Origin: Salibacteraceae bacterium
Lineage (GTDB): Bacteria > Bacteroidota > Bacteroidia > Flavobacteriales_G > Salibacteraceae
DNA length: 64,000 bases
Direction: 5' to 3'
Assembly (NCBI GenBank): GCA_018401875.1
Contig: JAGYJZ010000008.1
Span: 67,090 to 131,089, forward strand
In this document: one piece after another, positions 1-8,503 of the stretch
Position numbering within the stretch: the first letter of the stretch is position 1
Layout of the letters: every line of letters starts with the position of its first letter
Notes under the pieces: model-generated
What the model saw: only the letters and a program-made list of their open reading frames with translations
Told to the model about the DNA's origin: nothing
Database searches by the model: none
Position numbers and translations under genes: made by a program

Positions 1-2318
1 TCGAGGTCGAGCAAATACTTTTCTGAAACGTCTTGCGGATAACTCAAATCGCCACCGCACATCACCCAACCCAATTTTTCACTGATGAGTCTGTCATGTT
101 CGCTCATATAATTTCCTGAAGCCATGGTTTCAGCTCCTACATAAACGAGTCCTAGCCCTTCATTGCCTAACACCTGAACATCTTCGCGCTGCTTGGGCTG
201 AGTGTATCCTTTTTCTGCCAACGTCAACGCAGCTTTCTTCGCCACGGTCAACTGCAAATCACGGTTAAACACTACTTCATCTATGCCTTCGCGCAAATAA
301 CCCAACTCAAAAGCTTCGTAGGCTGAAGTTGCCACTTTTGCTTGTGCAATGGTCATCAATCGGTGCCTGAATTGATTGCTTCGGATATCTCCATCGCGTA
401 ATTCATCTGCTAGGCGAAGCGTAAACTCTTTCGTTCCGCCACCACCAGGAATGACGCCTACTCCAAACTCAACCAGTCCCATGTATAACTCAGCATGGGC
501 AACAACTTTGTCGGCATGCAAACACAATTCGCAACCACCACCTAAAGTGAGGTTGTGCGGTGCGGCAACCACAGGAATGCTCGAATAGCGCATGCGCATC
601 ATGGTTTGTTGAAACTGGCGAACGGCAAAATCCAATTCGTCCATTTCTTGTTCGGCAGCCATCATAAAAATCAATCCTACATTGGCTCCAGCGCTGAAAT
701 TTCCACCTTCATTATATACCACCAATCCTTCGTAATCTGCTTCTGCCATGTCGATGGCTTTGTTTAATCCGGCCAGCACTTCACCACCGATCGTATTCAT
801 TTTGGTGTGGAACTCTACGTTGAGAATTCCATCGCCCAGATCGGTGATCGTGGTGCCTGCATTCTGCCATAGCACACCTTTACTTTTGGACACTTGAAGG
901 TTTACCAATCCATCCTGACCAGAAATATCAGCGTAGGCATTCTGTGCTTGGTTCCAAAACTGACGTTTGCCATCATGAATGCGATAGAACGATTTTGCTC
1001 CTTTTTCGAGCATCGTATCGATCCATGCTGCGTAGGCGATTCCATCTTTTTTCAGAGCATTTATTCCCTCTTCAAATCCGATGGCGTCCCATGTTTCAAA
1101 AGGCCCCATTTCGTAACCAAATCCCGCCTTAAGTGCATCGTCTAATCGGTACACTTCATCGCTTATTTCAGGTACGCGGTGAGAAACATACGCCATCAGG
1201 CTCAGGAAGTGAGCTCGATAAAATGATCCGGCTTTGTCGCTCGCATTAAAGAGCATTTTAACTCTTTTACCGAGGTTTTCTTCTGCTTTGGCCATTTCAA
1301 GCGAAGGAATTTTCACCTTTTCGCGTGGGCCATATTCGAGTGTCTCTAAGTTGAGGGAAAGGATTTCTGATTTACCATCATCGCCTTTCACTTTTTTGAA
1401 AAAGCCTTCTTTGGTCTTGCTTCCAAGCATATTGTTCTTCAGCATGTGCTCAATGTAGCTCGGAATTTGAAACAATTCTTTGCGTTCATCATTCGGCACG
1501 TTGTCTTTCAACCCATTAGATACATGTACTAAGGTATCGAGACCGACCACATCGGCCGTTCTGAATGTGGCAGACTTTGGTCGACCGATCAACGGACCAG
1601 TTAACTTATCTACTTCGTCTATGCTGAGGCCGTTTTCTTTGACGTAGTGAAACATCCACATGATGCTGAACACACCAACGCGATTGGCAATGAATGCGGG
1701 TGTGTCTTTGCACAGTACGGTAGTTTTTCCCAGAAATCGCTTTCCGTAATCCATTAGAAAATCGATGACTTCTGAGTCGGTATCGGGTCCTGGAATAATC
1801 TCCAGCAATTTCAAATACCTTGGCGGGTTGAAGAAATGCGTTCCGCAGAAATGTTTCTTAAAATCATCGCTTCGGCCGTCATTCATTAAATGGATCGGAA
1901 TACCCGAAGTATTGGATGTGATCAAGGTTCCTGGTTTTCTGAATTTTTCAACCTTCTCAAACAAGCCTTGCTTAATGTCGAGCCGTTCGATGATTACTTC
2001 CATTACCCAATCGCATTCGGAGATGCGGTTTAAGTCGTCATCAAAATTGCCCGTCTCGATGAGCTTGGATGATGACTTGCGGTAAATGGGTGATGGATTG
2101 CTCTTGAGCGCAGTTTGCAAGCTGTCGTTTACAATTCTGTTTCGTACAGCCTTGTGCTCTAAGGTTAAATCCTTGGCTTTTTCTTTTTCGTTCGGTTCTT
2201 TGGGGACGATGTCGAGGAGTAAAACCTGAACACCGATGTTAGCAAAGTGGCACGCGATGCGCGAACCCATTATGCCTGAACCTAAGATGGCTACTTTTTT
2301 AATACGTCTTTTACTCAT
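1..2318 (-). CDS. 3-hydroxyacyl-CoA dehydrogenase / enoyl-CoA hydratase fusion protein (FadB/FadJ-like), C-terminus cut by the window edge
   Basis: Absent from the ORF track because there is no stop codon in the window. My reverse-strand translation from the ATG at 2316-2318 gives MSKRRIKKVAILGSGIMGSRIACHFANIG (Rossmann GxGxxG of 3-hydroxyacyl-CoA dehydrogenases). It stays open to position 1 (...CGGDLSYPQDVSEKYLLDLE). The ATG overlaps the upstream MarR stop codon (ATGA). Confidence 0.85.
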   Translation of the reverse strand, partial: MSKRRIKKVAILGSGIMGSRIACHFANIGVQVLLLDIVPKEPNEKEKAKDLTLEHKAVRNRIVNDSLQTALKSNPSPIYRKSSSKLIETGNFDDDLNRISECDWVMEVIIERLDIKQGLFEKVEKFRKPGTLITSNTSGIPIHLMNDGRSDDFKKHFCGTHFFNPPRYLKLLEIIPGPDTDSEVIDFLMDYGKRFLGKTTVLCKDTPAFIANRVGVFSIMWMFHYVKENGLSIDEVDKLTGPLIGRPKSATFRTADVVGLDTLVHVSNGLKDNVPNDERKELFQIPSYIEHMLKNNMLGSKTKEGFFKKVKGDDGKSEILSLNLETLEYGPREKVKIPSLEMAKAEENLGKRVKMLFNASDKAGSFYRAHFLSLMAYVSHRVPEISDEVYRLDDALKAGFGYEMGPFETWDAIGFEEGINALKKDGIAYAAWIDTMLEKGAKSFYRIHDGKRQFWNQAQNAYADISGQDGLVNLQVSKSKGVLWQNAGTTITDLGDGILNVEFHTKMNTIGGEVLAGLNKAIDMAEADYEGLVVYNEGGNFSAGANVGLIFMMAAEQEMDELDFAVRQFQQTMMRMRYSSIPVVAAPHNLTLGGGCELCLHADKVVAHAELYMGLVEFGVGVIPGGGGTKEFTLRLADELRDGDIRSNQFRHRLMTIAQAKVATSAYEAFELGYLREGIDEVVFNRDLQLTVAKKAALTLAEKGYTQPKQREDVQVLGNEGLGLVYVGAETMASGNYMSEHDRLISEKLGWVMCGGDLSYPQDVSEKYLLDL

Positions 2319-2743
2319 GATTCTTTGACTGTATTTTGTTCTATGATTTGAATAACTTCAATGAAGTTTTTAAACTTTTCTTCACTCACTTGATCCAATA
2401 CTTTTTCGTTGAATCGAACCACAGAAAGTTTTGAAATTTCCCTCATCCGCTTTCCTTCGTCCTTTAAAAAAATGCGCATGATGCGTTTGTCATTTTCGTC
2501 TTGCCGCCTTTCGATCAACCCGCGCTCTTGCATGGCTTTAAGGGTACGACTCAAACTCGTGGGCTCCATTCCCATTTTCGGACCGAGCTGTGTGGATGGT
2601 GTGCCTTTTCGCGGATCAATGTTTAGTAAAATGAAGCCAATGGATTGGGTCATGCCGTGCTTTGAGGCTTCTTGGTTATACATTTTGCTGATTTTTAACC
2701 AAGCCCAACGCACGTGAAAATCTATCGTTTCTTCTGATTTCAT
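2315..2743 (-). CDS. MarR family transcriptional regulator
   Basis: 142-aa ORF with a winged-HTH core, TSLSRTLKAMQERGLIERRQDENDKRIMRIFLKDEGK. It has a 4-nt ATGA overlap with the downstream fadB-like gene. Confidence 0.85.
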   Translation of the reverse strand: MKSEETIDFHVRWAWLKISKMYNQEASKHGMTQSIGFILLNIDPRKGTPSTQLGPKMGMEPTSLSRTLKAMQERGLIERRQDENDKRIMRIFLKDEGKRMREISKLSVVRFNEKVLDQVSEEKFKNFIEVIQIIEQNTVKES

Positions 2744-2774
2744 AATTCGCTCTGAACGAATATAAGATTTTTAT

Positions 2775-2786
2775 TATGCACGCATA
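2775..2786. promoter_or_regulatory. Candidate operator: inverted repeat TATGC-ac-GCATA in the divergent MarR / TonB-receptor promoter region
   Basis: 5-bp arms with a 2-nt spacer, 32 nt upstream of the MarR start. The call rests on position only. Confidence 0.2.
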
Positions 2787-2948
2787 GCACTTAACAATTT
2801 TTTAGTATTGTGGGAATAGTAATAACGGAGTCTATTTCTTGGAATAACTAAAATTTCTAACCGTTCCTCTAAACATAACGTCCGCTTATCCATTTCATAA
2901 CCAAACCAAATTTGCCACGACTACTTTTGGCGCCTCAAAAAATAACGG

Positions 2949-5324
2949 ATGATGAAACACCTTTTCGGTATTCTTCTAGTGCTGATGGCCTTCACCACCA
3001 TGAGTCAAAATAAAGCAACCATCTCGGGCTATGTGAAAGATGGTGATTCAGGCGAAGGAATGATTTCTGCCACGGTGTTGGTGAAAGAATTAACGCAAGG
3101 AGTTTCAACCAACGAATATGGATTTTATTCGCTTACCCTTGAACCAGGAACATATACCATAGAATGGAGTTTTGTGGGCTTCAACACGGTGTCTGAAACC
3201 ATAGATTTAAAGTCGTCTATCACTCGAAGTGTAGAACTTTCGTTCAGTGATCAAATGCTCAATGAAGTCGTGATAACGGGCGAACGAGAAGATGAAGCCT
3301 TAACAAGTGTGGAGATGAGTGTGGAGAAACTTGATATGGCGCAAGTGAAGAAAATTCCACAGTTGTTGGGCGAAGCTGACATTATTCGATCCATTCAATT
3401 GCTGCCGGGAGTGACAACCGTGGGCGAAGGAGCAACAGGTTTTAATGTGCGCGGTGGCAATATCGATCAAAATTTAATCTTGTTGGATGAAAGCCCCGTG
3501 TTTAGTTCATCGCACTTGTTCGGCTTTTTCTCGGTTTTTAATGCCGATGCCATCAAAGATGCCAAGCTTTATAAAGGTGGTATCCCAGCTAAATTTGGCG
3601 GACGACTTTCTTCTGTGCTCGACATCCGCCAAAAAGACGGCAATATGAAGCAATTGGAAGTGACAGGAGGAGTCGGTTTGCTGTTTAGCAGACTTACCAT
3701 TGAGGCACCGATCATCAAGGACAAGGTTTCGTTTATAGTTTCAGGAAGGCGAAGCTATTTCGACCTCTTTTTTCCATTGGCACCGAACGAAACCATCAAA
3801 GACAGTAAGTTGTTTTTCTACGATTTAAACGGAAAGATAAACTGGAACATCAACGAGAAAAATCGCCTCTATCTTTCGGCTTACAATGGAAACGATGTGT
3901 TTGATCTCAATGGATTGTTCAACACGCGATGGGGAAACCAAACGGCATCGCTGCGATGGAATCACTTATTTTCTGACAAGTTGTTTTCAAACTTCACTGC
4001 GGTATTTAGTGACTATAAGTACAACCTAGGCGCTGATAACAATGGATTTGCATTCGACTGGCAAGCTTCCATTAGAAATTACAGCGGCAAGGCAGACTTT
4101 ACGTATTTTCTAAATCCAAAAAACAAGATTGAGTTTGGCTGGCACAATACCTACTACCAATTTGCGCCAGGTGCGGCAGAAGCGAATTTTGAGGTAAACG
4201 ATCAAGTAGACACCTTCAGATTTGCTGTTGACGAAATCCCTGCCTTTGAAACCGCACTTTATTTGAGCAATGAACAAAAAATTGGGACTCGGCTAACGCT
4301 AGCATACGGATTGCGCTGGAGTGGTTTTGCGCAGATCGGACCGGGTACGGTTTACGAATATCCAAACGATCAACCTGTTGATCCTGATAATCCAACGAAG
4401 GCGGTATCTCCAAGTGATTCAACGGTATACGGCTCGGGCGACATTGTGCGATCTTTTCAAGGTCCTGAGCCCCGCTTTTCGGCCAACTTCCAAATCGATG
4501 AGGTTTCGTCAGTAAAAGCGAGTTATAACCGAATGCGCCAATACATTCACTTGATTTCAAACACCACTGCGGCTACTCCTGTAGACATTTACATGCCATC
4601 AGGAAGGTACATTCAACCAGCACTTGCTGACCAAGTAGGGCTCGGTTATTTCAGAAACTTCTTCAACAACAGCTACGAAAGTTCGGTGGAAGTATACTAT
4701 AAGAAATTTCAAAACTTGGTAGATTACAAAGATGAAGCCGAGCTATTGTTGAATAATACGCTCGAAACAGAACTCTTCACAGGAAATGGACAAGCTTATG
4801 GACTTGAAGTGCAACTGAAAAAGAAGCGAGGTGATTTAACCGGTTGGGTTAGCTATACACTGTCTCGTGTTGAACGCGAAGTGGCCCAAATCAACGGTGG
4901 CGATCCTTATCCAGCCAACTGGGACAAAACGCATGATATAAGTCTAGTATTAAGCTACGATATTACAAAGCGGTTCAATGTATCAACCAACTTTGCATAC
5001 ATGACTGGACGGCCGATCACTTACCCTGACGGAAGATTTCAATGGGGAGGCATAACAGCACCTTTATATACGAATAGAAATGGAGCGCGCACTCCGGCAT
5101 ACCACAGACTGGACATTTCAGGCTACTGGAATCTGCGAGATCCTGAAACACATAAACTTGGATTGGATCTAGCGTTTGGAGCTTACAATTTATACGCACG
5201 TAAAAACCCCTATTCCATCTACTTCCAATCCAGTGACGCAAACCCCGATGTTACGCAAGCTTATCAATTGTCGATTTACGCTACGGTTATTCCTTACGTC
5301 ACCTTGAACTTTAAATTTAAATAA
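2949..5324 (+). CDS. TonB-dependent receptor with an N-terminal carboxypeptidase-regulatory-like domain
   Basis: 791 aa with a signal peptide. ATISGYVKDGDSGEGMISATVLVKE is CarboxypepD_reg-like, and a plug region follows (IRSIQLLPGVTTVGEGATGFNVRGG). The protein ends in an aromatic residue pattern, ...LNFKFK. Confidence 0.85.
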   Translation: MMKHLFGILLVLMAFTTMSQNKATISGYVKDGDSGEGMISATVLVKELTQGVSTNEYGFYSLTLEPGTYTIEWSFVGFNTVSETIDLKSSITRSVELSFSDQMLNEVVITGEREDEALTSVEMSVEKLDMAQVKKIPQLLGEADIIRSIQLLPGVTTVGEGATGFNVRGGNIDQNLILLDESPVFSSSHLFGFFSVFNADAIKDAKLYKGGIPAKFGGRLSSVLDIRQKDGNMKQLEVTGGVGLLFSRLTIEAPIIKDKVSFIVSGRRSYFDLFFPLAPNETIKDSKLFFYDLNGKINWNINEKNRLYLSAYNGNDVFDLNGLFNTRWGNQTASLRWNHLFSDKLFSNFTAVFSDYKYNLGADNNGFAFDWQASIRNYSGKADFTYFLNPKNKIEFGWHNTYYQFAPGAAEANFEVNDQVDTFRFAVDEIPAFETALYLSNEQKIGTRLTLAYGLRWSGFAQIGPGTVYEYPNDQPVDPDNPTKAVSPSDSTVYGSGDIVRSFQGPEPRFSANFQIDEVSSVKASYNRMRQYIHLISNTTAATPVDIYMPSGRYIQPALADQVGLGYFRNFFNNSYESSVEVYYKKFQNLVDYKDEAELLLNNTLETELFTGNGQAYGLEVQLKKKRGDLTGWVSYTLSRVEREVAQINGGDPYPANWDKTHDISLVLSYDITKRFNVSTNFAYMTGRPITYPDGRFQWGGITAPLYTNRNGARTPAYHRLDISGYWNLRDPETHKLGLDLAFGAYNLYARKNPYSIYFQSSDANPDVTQAYQLSIYATVIPYVTLNFKFK

Positions 5325-6323
5325 ATGCTACACACCTTAAAATATACATTTCTGTTGGCATTCATCGCGGTGATAGTGAGTTCATGCCAAGAAGTGATTG
5401 AATTGGACTTGCCACCAAACGAACCTGAGCTGGTTATTGAAGGCTACCTCACCGACCTCGACTTTTTCATTCCGGATCAGGATTTAAACTGTTCAGGAAT
5501 TATTACTATTCCAAAATCAGAGATAGAGTTTGCTGCAAGCTTAGCTGCGGCTGCGCAGTTCCCTATTGACTCCATTGAAAGCGTAGCCGATTACTTTCCA
5601 TTCAATAAAGTCAAGTTGAGCACTACCTCAGATTATTTCAGCAACGCTCCTGCACCCGCTGTAAGTGGAGCTGTGGTGAAGTTGATCAAAAACAATGAGC
5701 TGGTCGAAACTTTGATCGAAGACCAGTCAATTCCGGGCACGTACCGCTTTACACACGATCCTGAAGTTGGGGCGTCTTATCACCTGGAGATTGATGCACT
5801 CGGTAATTTTTATGAAACTGAGCCGCAAGTATACAACGCTGTGCCACCTTTGTTAGGCGTGAATGCAATTTATAACTCAAATTTTCTTCAAGACTCTTGT
5901 GCTTACTATTTAGGCATTGATACGTACGAAAAACCAGGGGTGGGCGATCATTACCGTTGGATGTTTTACATCAACAACAAATATGTAAGCAACCCTTTTT
6001 TCATCAGCATTTTTGACGATGCTCAAATTGACGGGCTGTGCCTATTTGATTTTGATGTTTATGGAAATGAACTCGACTTGGGCGATACAATTGTAGTTTT
6101 TCAAATGCGAACCAACGAAGGCTACAGTAGTTTCATCAATTCACTGAGAAATCAAACAGCATTTGTTGGAAGTCCTTTCGACACTCCTCCCGCGCCAATT
6201 CGTGGAAATTTAAACAATGTAACCACAGGAGAAAAAGCCTTTGGGTATTTTGTAGCTGGCGGCATTTCAGCCAATGTTGGCTTTGTGCCGAATGAAATTC
6301 CTGAGGAAGGCTGCGGAATTTAA
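5325..6323 (+). CDS. DUF4249-like lipoprotein partner of the TonB-dependent receptor
   Basis: Starts immediately after the receptor stop codon. It has a lipoprotein signal (...VIVSSC). A receptor followed by a ~330-aa lipoprotein is the usual Bacteroidota DUF4249 arrangement. The family call is from memory of that synteny. Confidence 0.6.
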   Translation: MLHTLKYTFLLAFIAVIVSSCQEVIELDLPPNEPELVIEGYLTDLDFFIPDQDLNCSGIITIPKSEIEFAASLAAAAQFPIDSIESVADYFPFNKVKLSTTSDYFSNAPAPAVSGAVVKLIKNNELVETLIEDQSIPGTYRFTHDPEVGASYHLEIDALGNFYETEPQVYNAVPPLLGVNAIYNSNFLQDSCAYYLGIDTYEKPGVGDHYRWMFYINNKYVSNPFFISIFDDAQIDGLCLFDFDVYGNELDLGDTIVVFQMRTNEGYSSFINSLRNQTAFVGSPFDTPPAPIRGNLNNVTTGEKAFGYFVAGGISANVGFVPNEIPEEGCGI

Positions 6324-6395
6324 ATCCAACTCCTTTTTCTGAAAAAAACAGGAAAACTTTTTGACGTTTTTTGACGCGTTAATGAGTGTCGGAAT

Positions 6396-6403
6396 TATCT
6401 TTG
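6396..6403 (+). promoter_or_regulatory. Bacteroidetes -7 promoter box TATCTTTG (consensus TAnnTTTG), with TTG at 6371-6373 as a possible -33 element
   Basis: Exact match to TAnnTTTG, 24 nt upstream of the first ATG of the small Cys/Lys-rich ORF. Confidence 0.35.
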
Positions 6404-6426
6404 TTTAGAATTATTCTAGATAAGCA

Positions 6427-6579
6427 TGCGTATCCAGCCTAAACACTCGACCTCACTTCCACCTTGCATAGCCATGCAATTCTTTAACGAAGGAATTATT
6501 TCTCTTGAATGTAAGAAAAATTGCTGTGAGAAATTCAAGAAAAAAGGCAAAAAAGCCTGTAAAAGCTGTCCGAGATAGA
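6427..6579 (+). CDS. Small Cys/Lys-rich protein (50 aa; 34 aa if started at ATG 6475): ...MQFFNEGIISLECKKNCCEKFKKKGKKACKSCPR
   Basis: Below the ORF-track size cutoff; I translated it by hand. It has 5 Cys and 9 Lys in the last 22 residues, and a consensus promoter box lies just upstream. No homology check was possible. Confidence 0.35.
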
Positions 6580-6629
6580 AAGCGAAGCCATCCGCCAATC
6601 CGCAATTATTCTTTCACCGTAATTCTTGC

Positions 6630-7553
6630 TTATTCCCGATAGTTTTTAAACTGAAAAACTGCTCGTCCTCCAAACACGTGGTTTTCGATCCAAGAGATCA
6701 ACTTATACTTGGTGCGCTCGTGCTTAAAGAGAAATTTTCGCTGCAATGACGCGCCCGAAAAATTCAATCGATCATTCCAATCTAGTCGATCAATTCGCGC
6801 CTTCATCGCGTTCGGATGCGTTCCCTGAAATCGTGCGATTTTCCGCATATCACCGTAATCAAAGTCATTTTGGTATTGGGCTGTTGCGTGTGAATGATTC
6901 TTGTCTAAGGCGTTCATTTTTGCTGTCATGATGTGGGGTGGCCGAACCCACCCGTAGTGGAAAATATACGCATCAATAGCCTTCACTTTCAGCTTTCTCG
7001 AACCGTGTTTGGCACGGTAATTCTTCCCGTCAAAATGAGGAATGAAACGAAAAGACTGTGCGCTTTGCCACGAATGGATTTCTGGAAGATTTCGAACCAC
7101 TCGAACCTCCTTTTTATACCATGCGTGTGAGTCAATCACATGATCGTAATCGCCCCAAAAATGATGGTAGTGAAACACGAATCCTTCAATGCTGCGATCA
7201 TCAGCATAATCTTCACATGCTTTCCGAATTTTGGGAAGGTCATTTTCGTGCACTACTTCATCGGCTTGGAGGTAAATGAGCCAATCTCCCGAGCAATGAC
7301 TCTTCGCCAAATCACTTTGCTGTGCGTGCACCATTCCACGCGGAAAAGCGTCTAAATCCCATTCGGATTCAATGATTTTTACTTTTTCAGATTGGATGGC
7401 TTTCACGGTTTCCAGCGTGCGATCGTCATCATCGCCCTTCCCTATTGCCACCACAAACTCATCTACCAGCGGCAAGGCAGAACGAATCGATTCCTCGATC
7501 GGATAATAGAGTTTATCCGCATTTCGGCACATGGTGAAGGCTGAAATTTTCAT
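6630..7553 (-). CDS. Glycosyltransferase family 2 protein
   Basis: 307 aa. The N-terminus MKISAFTMCRNADKLYYPIEESIRSALPLVDEFVVAIGKGDDDD and the segment LIYLQADEVVHE are typical of GT2 (SpsA-like) enzymes. Confidence 0.75.
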   Translation of the reverse strand: MKISAFTMCRNADKLYYPIEESIRSALPLVDEFVVAIGKGDDDDRTLETVKAIQSEKVKIIESEWDLDAFPRGMVHAQQSDLAKSHCSGDWLIYLQADEVVHENDLPKIRKACEDYADDRSIEGFVFHYHHFWGDYDHVIDSHAWYKKEVRVVRNLPEIHSWQSAQSFRFIPHFDGKNYRAKHGSRKLKVKAIDAYIFHYGWVRPPHIMTAKMNALDKNHSHATAQYQNDFDYGDMRKIARFQGTHPNAMKARIDRLDWNDRLNFSGASLQRKFLFKHERTKYKLISWIENHVFGGRAVFQFKNYRE

Positions 7554-7642
7554 TTGCTTTCAAATATGGGTGGATTATTAAAACAGAAGTAGTGAAAGCA
7601 TGAAGATTTCGATTTACATTGTATCAATAAAAGCATTTAACA

Positions 7643-8503
7643 ATGTGCAGACTCGTTGCATACTTAGGGCGCCCGATTTTGATGGAGAAACTCCTCATCG
7701 AGCCAAAAAACTCCCTCATCAATCAAAGTTTTAACGCCAAAGAAATTGAAGAACCGCTGAATGGCGATGGCTTTGGCGTGGGTTGGTATAATCACATTCT
7801 GAGCGCGGTGCCGGCCACGTTTAAATCCATCACACCCGCTTGGAACAATCAAAATTTGAAGTCGATTGCACCTTTAGTAAAATCTACGTGCTTTATGGCT
7901 CACGTGCGGGCGGCTACGGTAGGAGTGCTCGGAGAGGTGAATTGTCATCCGTTTCAATACGACACATTGCTCATGATGCACAACGGTGATGTTCCAGAAT
8001 TTCAAACACTTAAACGCGCTATTAGGAGGTCGCTTTCTGACGAAATGTACAATTGGATTCAAGGTCAAACCGATTCAGAGCATCTTTTCGCACTGTTCGT
8101 TGAAAAACTCAAAGCGCAAAATCAAACACGGACGGCAGAAACGATGGCTGATGCTTTGGAAGATATGGTACGCACCATTGAAAACATGAAAAAAGAACAC
8201 AGCATCACCGATCAGGCCTATTTAAACATGGTGGTGACTGACGGTGAACGCACTGTTGCGATGCGCTATATCAGCAAACCAGAAGAAGAAGAACCGCTTT
8301 CGCTGTATTTTTCTGAAGGATCGCGCTACGAATGCATTGATGGTGCATGCCATATGATTCCTTCCGAAGATGAAAACAAATCGGTGATGGTAGTTTCGGA
8401 AAAACTGACAGAATTTGCATCGGATTGGAAACACGTTCCGACTAATCACATGGTCTTGATTTACAAAGACCTGAGCACCAAACTAAGGAAGATTTCGCTC
8501 TAA
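7643..8503 (+). CDS. Class II (Ntn-type) glutamine amidotransferase
   Basis: The sequence starts MCRLVAYLG, so Cys2 is the nucleophile. GDGFGVGWY and HVRAATVG..NCHPF motifs are present. Confidence 0.8.
   Translation: MCRLVAYLGRPILMEKLLIEPKNSLINQSFNAKEIEEPLNGDGFGVGWYNHILSAVPATFKSITPAWNNQNLKSIAPLVKSTCFMAHVRAATVGVLGEVNCHPFQYDTLLMMHNGDVPEFQTLKRAIRRSLSDEMYNWIQGQTDSEHLFALFVEKLKAQNQTRTAETMADALEDMVRTIENMKKEHSITDQAYLNMVVTDGERTVAMRYISKPEEEEPLSLYFSEGSRYECIDGACHMIPSEDENKSVMVVSEKLTEFASDWKHVPTNHMVLIYKDLSTKLRKISL

Noticed and set aside
6416-6598. The 60-aa minus-strand ORF from the track.
   Set aside because: It has no signal, motif or promoter. The same DNA on the plus strand has a consensus -7 box and a compositionally striking Cys/Lys-rich ORF, which I consider the more plausible (still unproven) feature.
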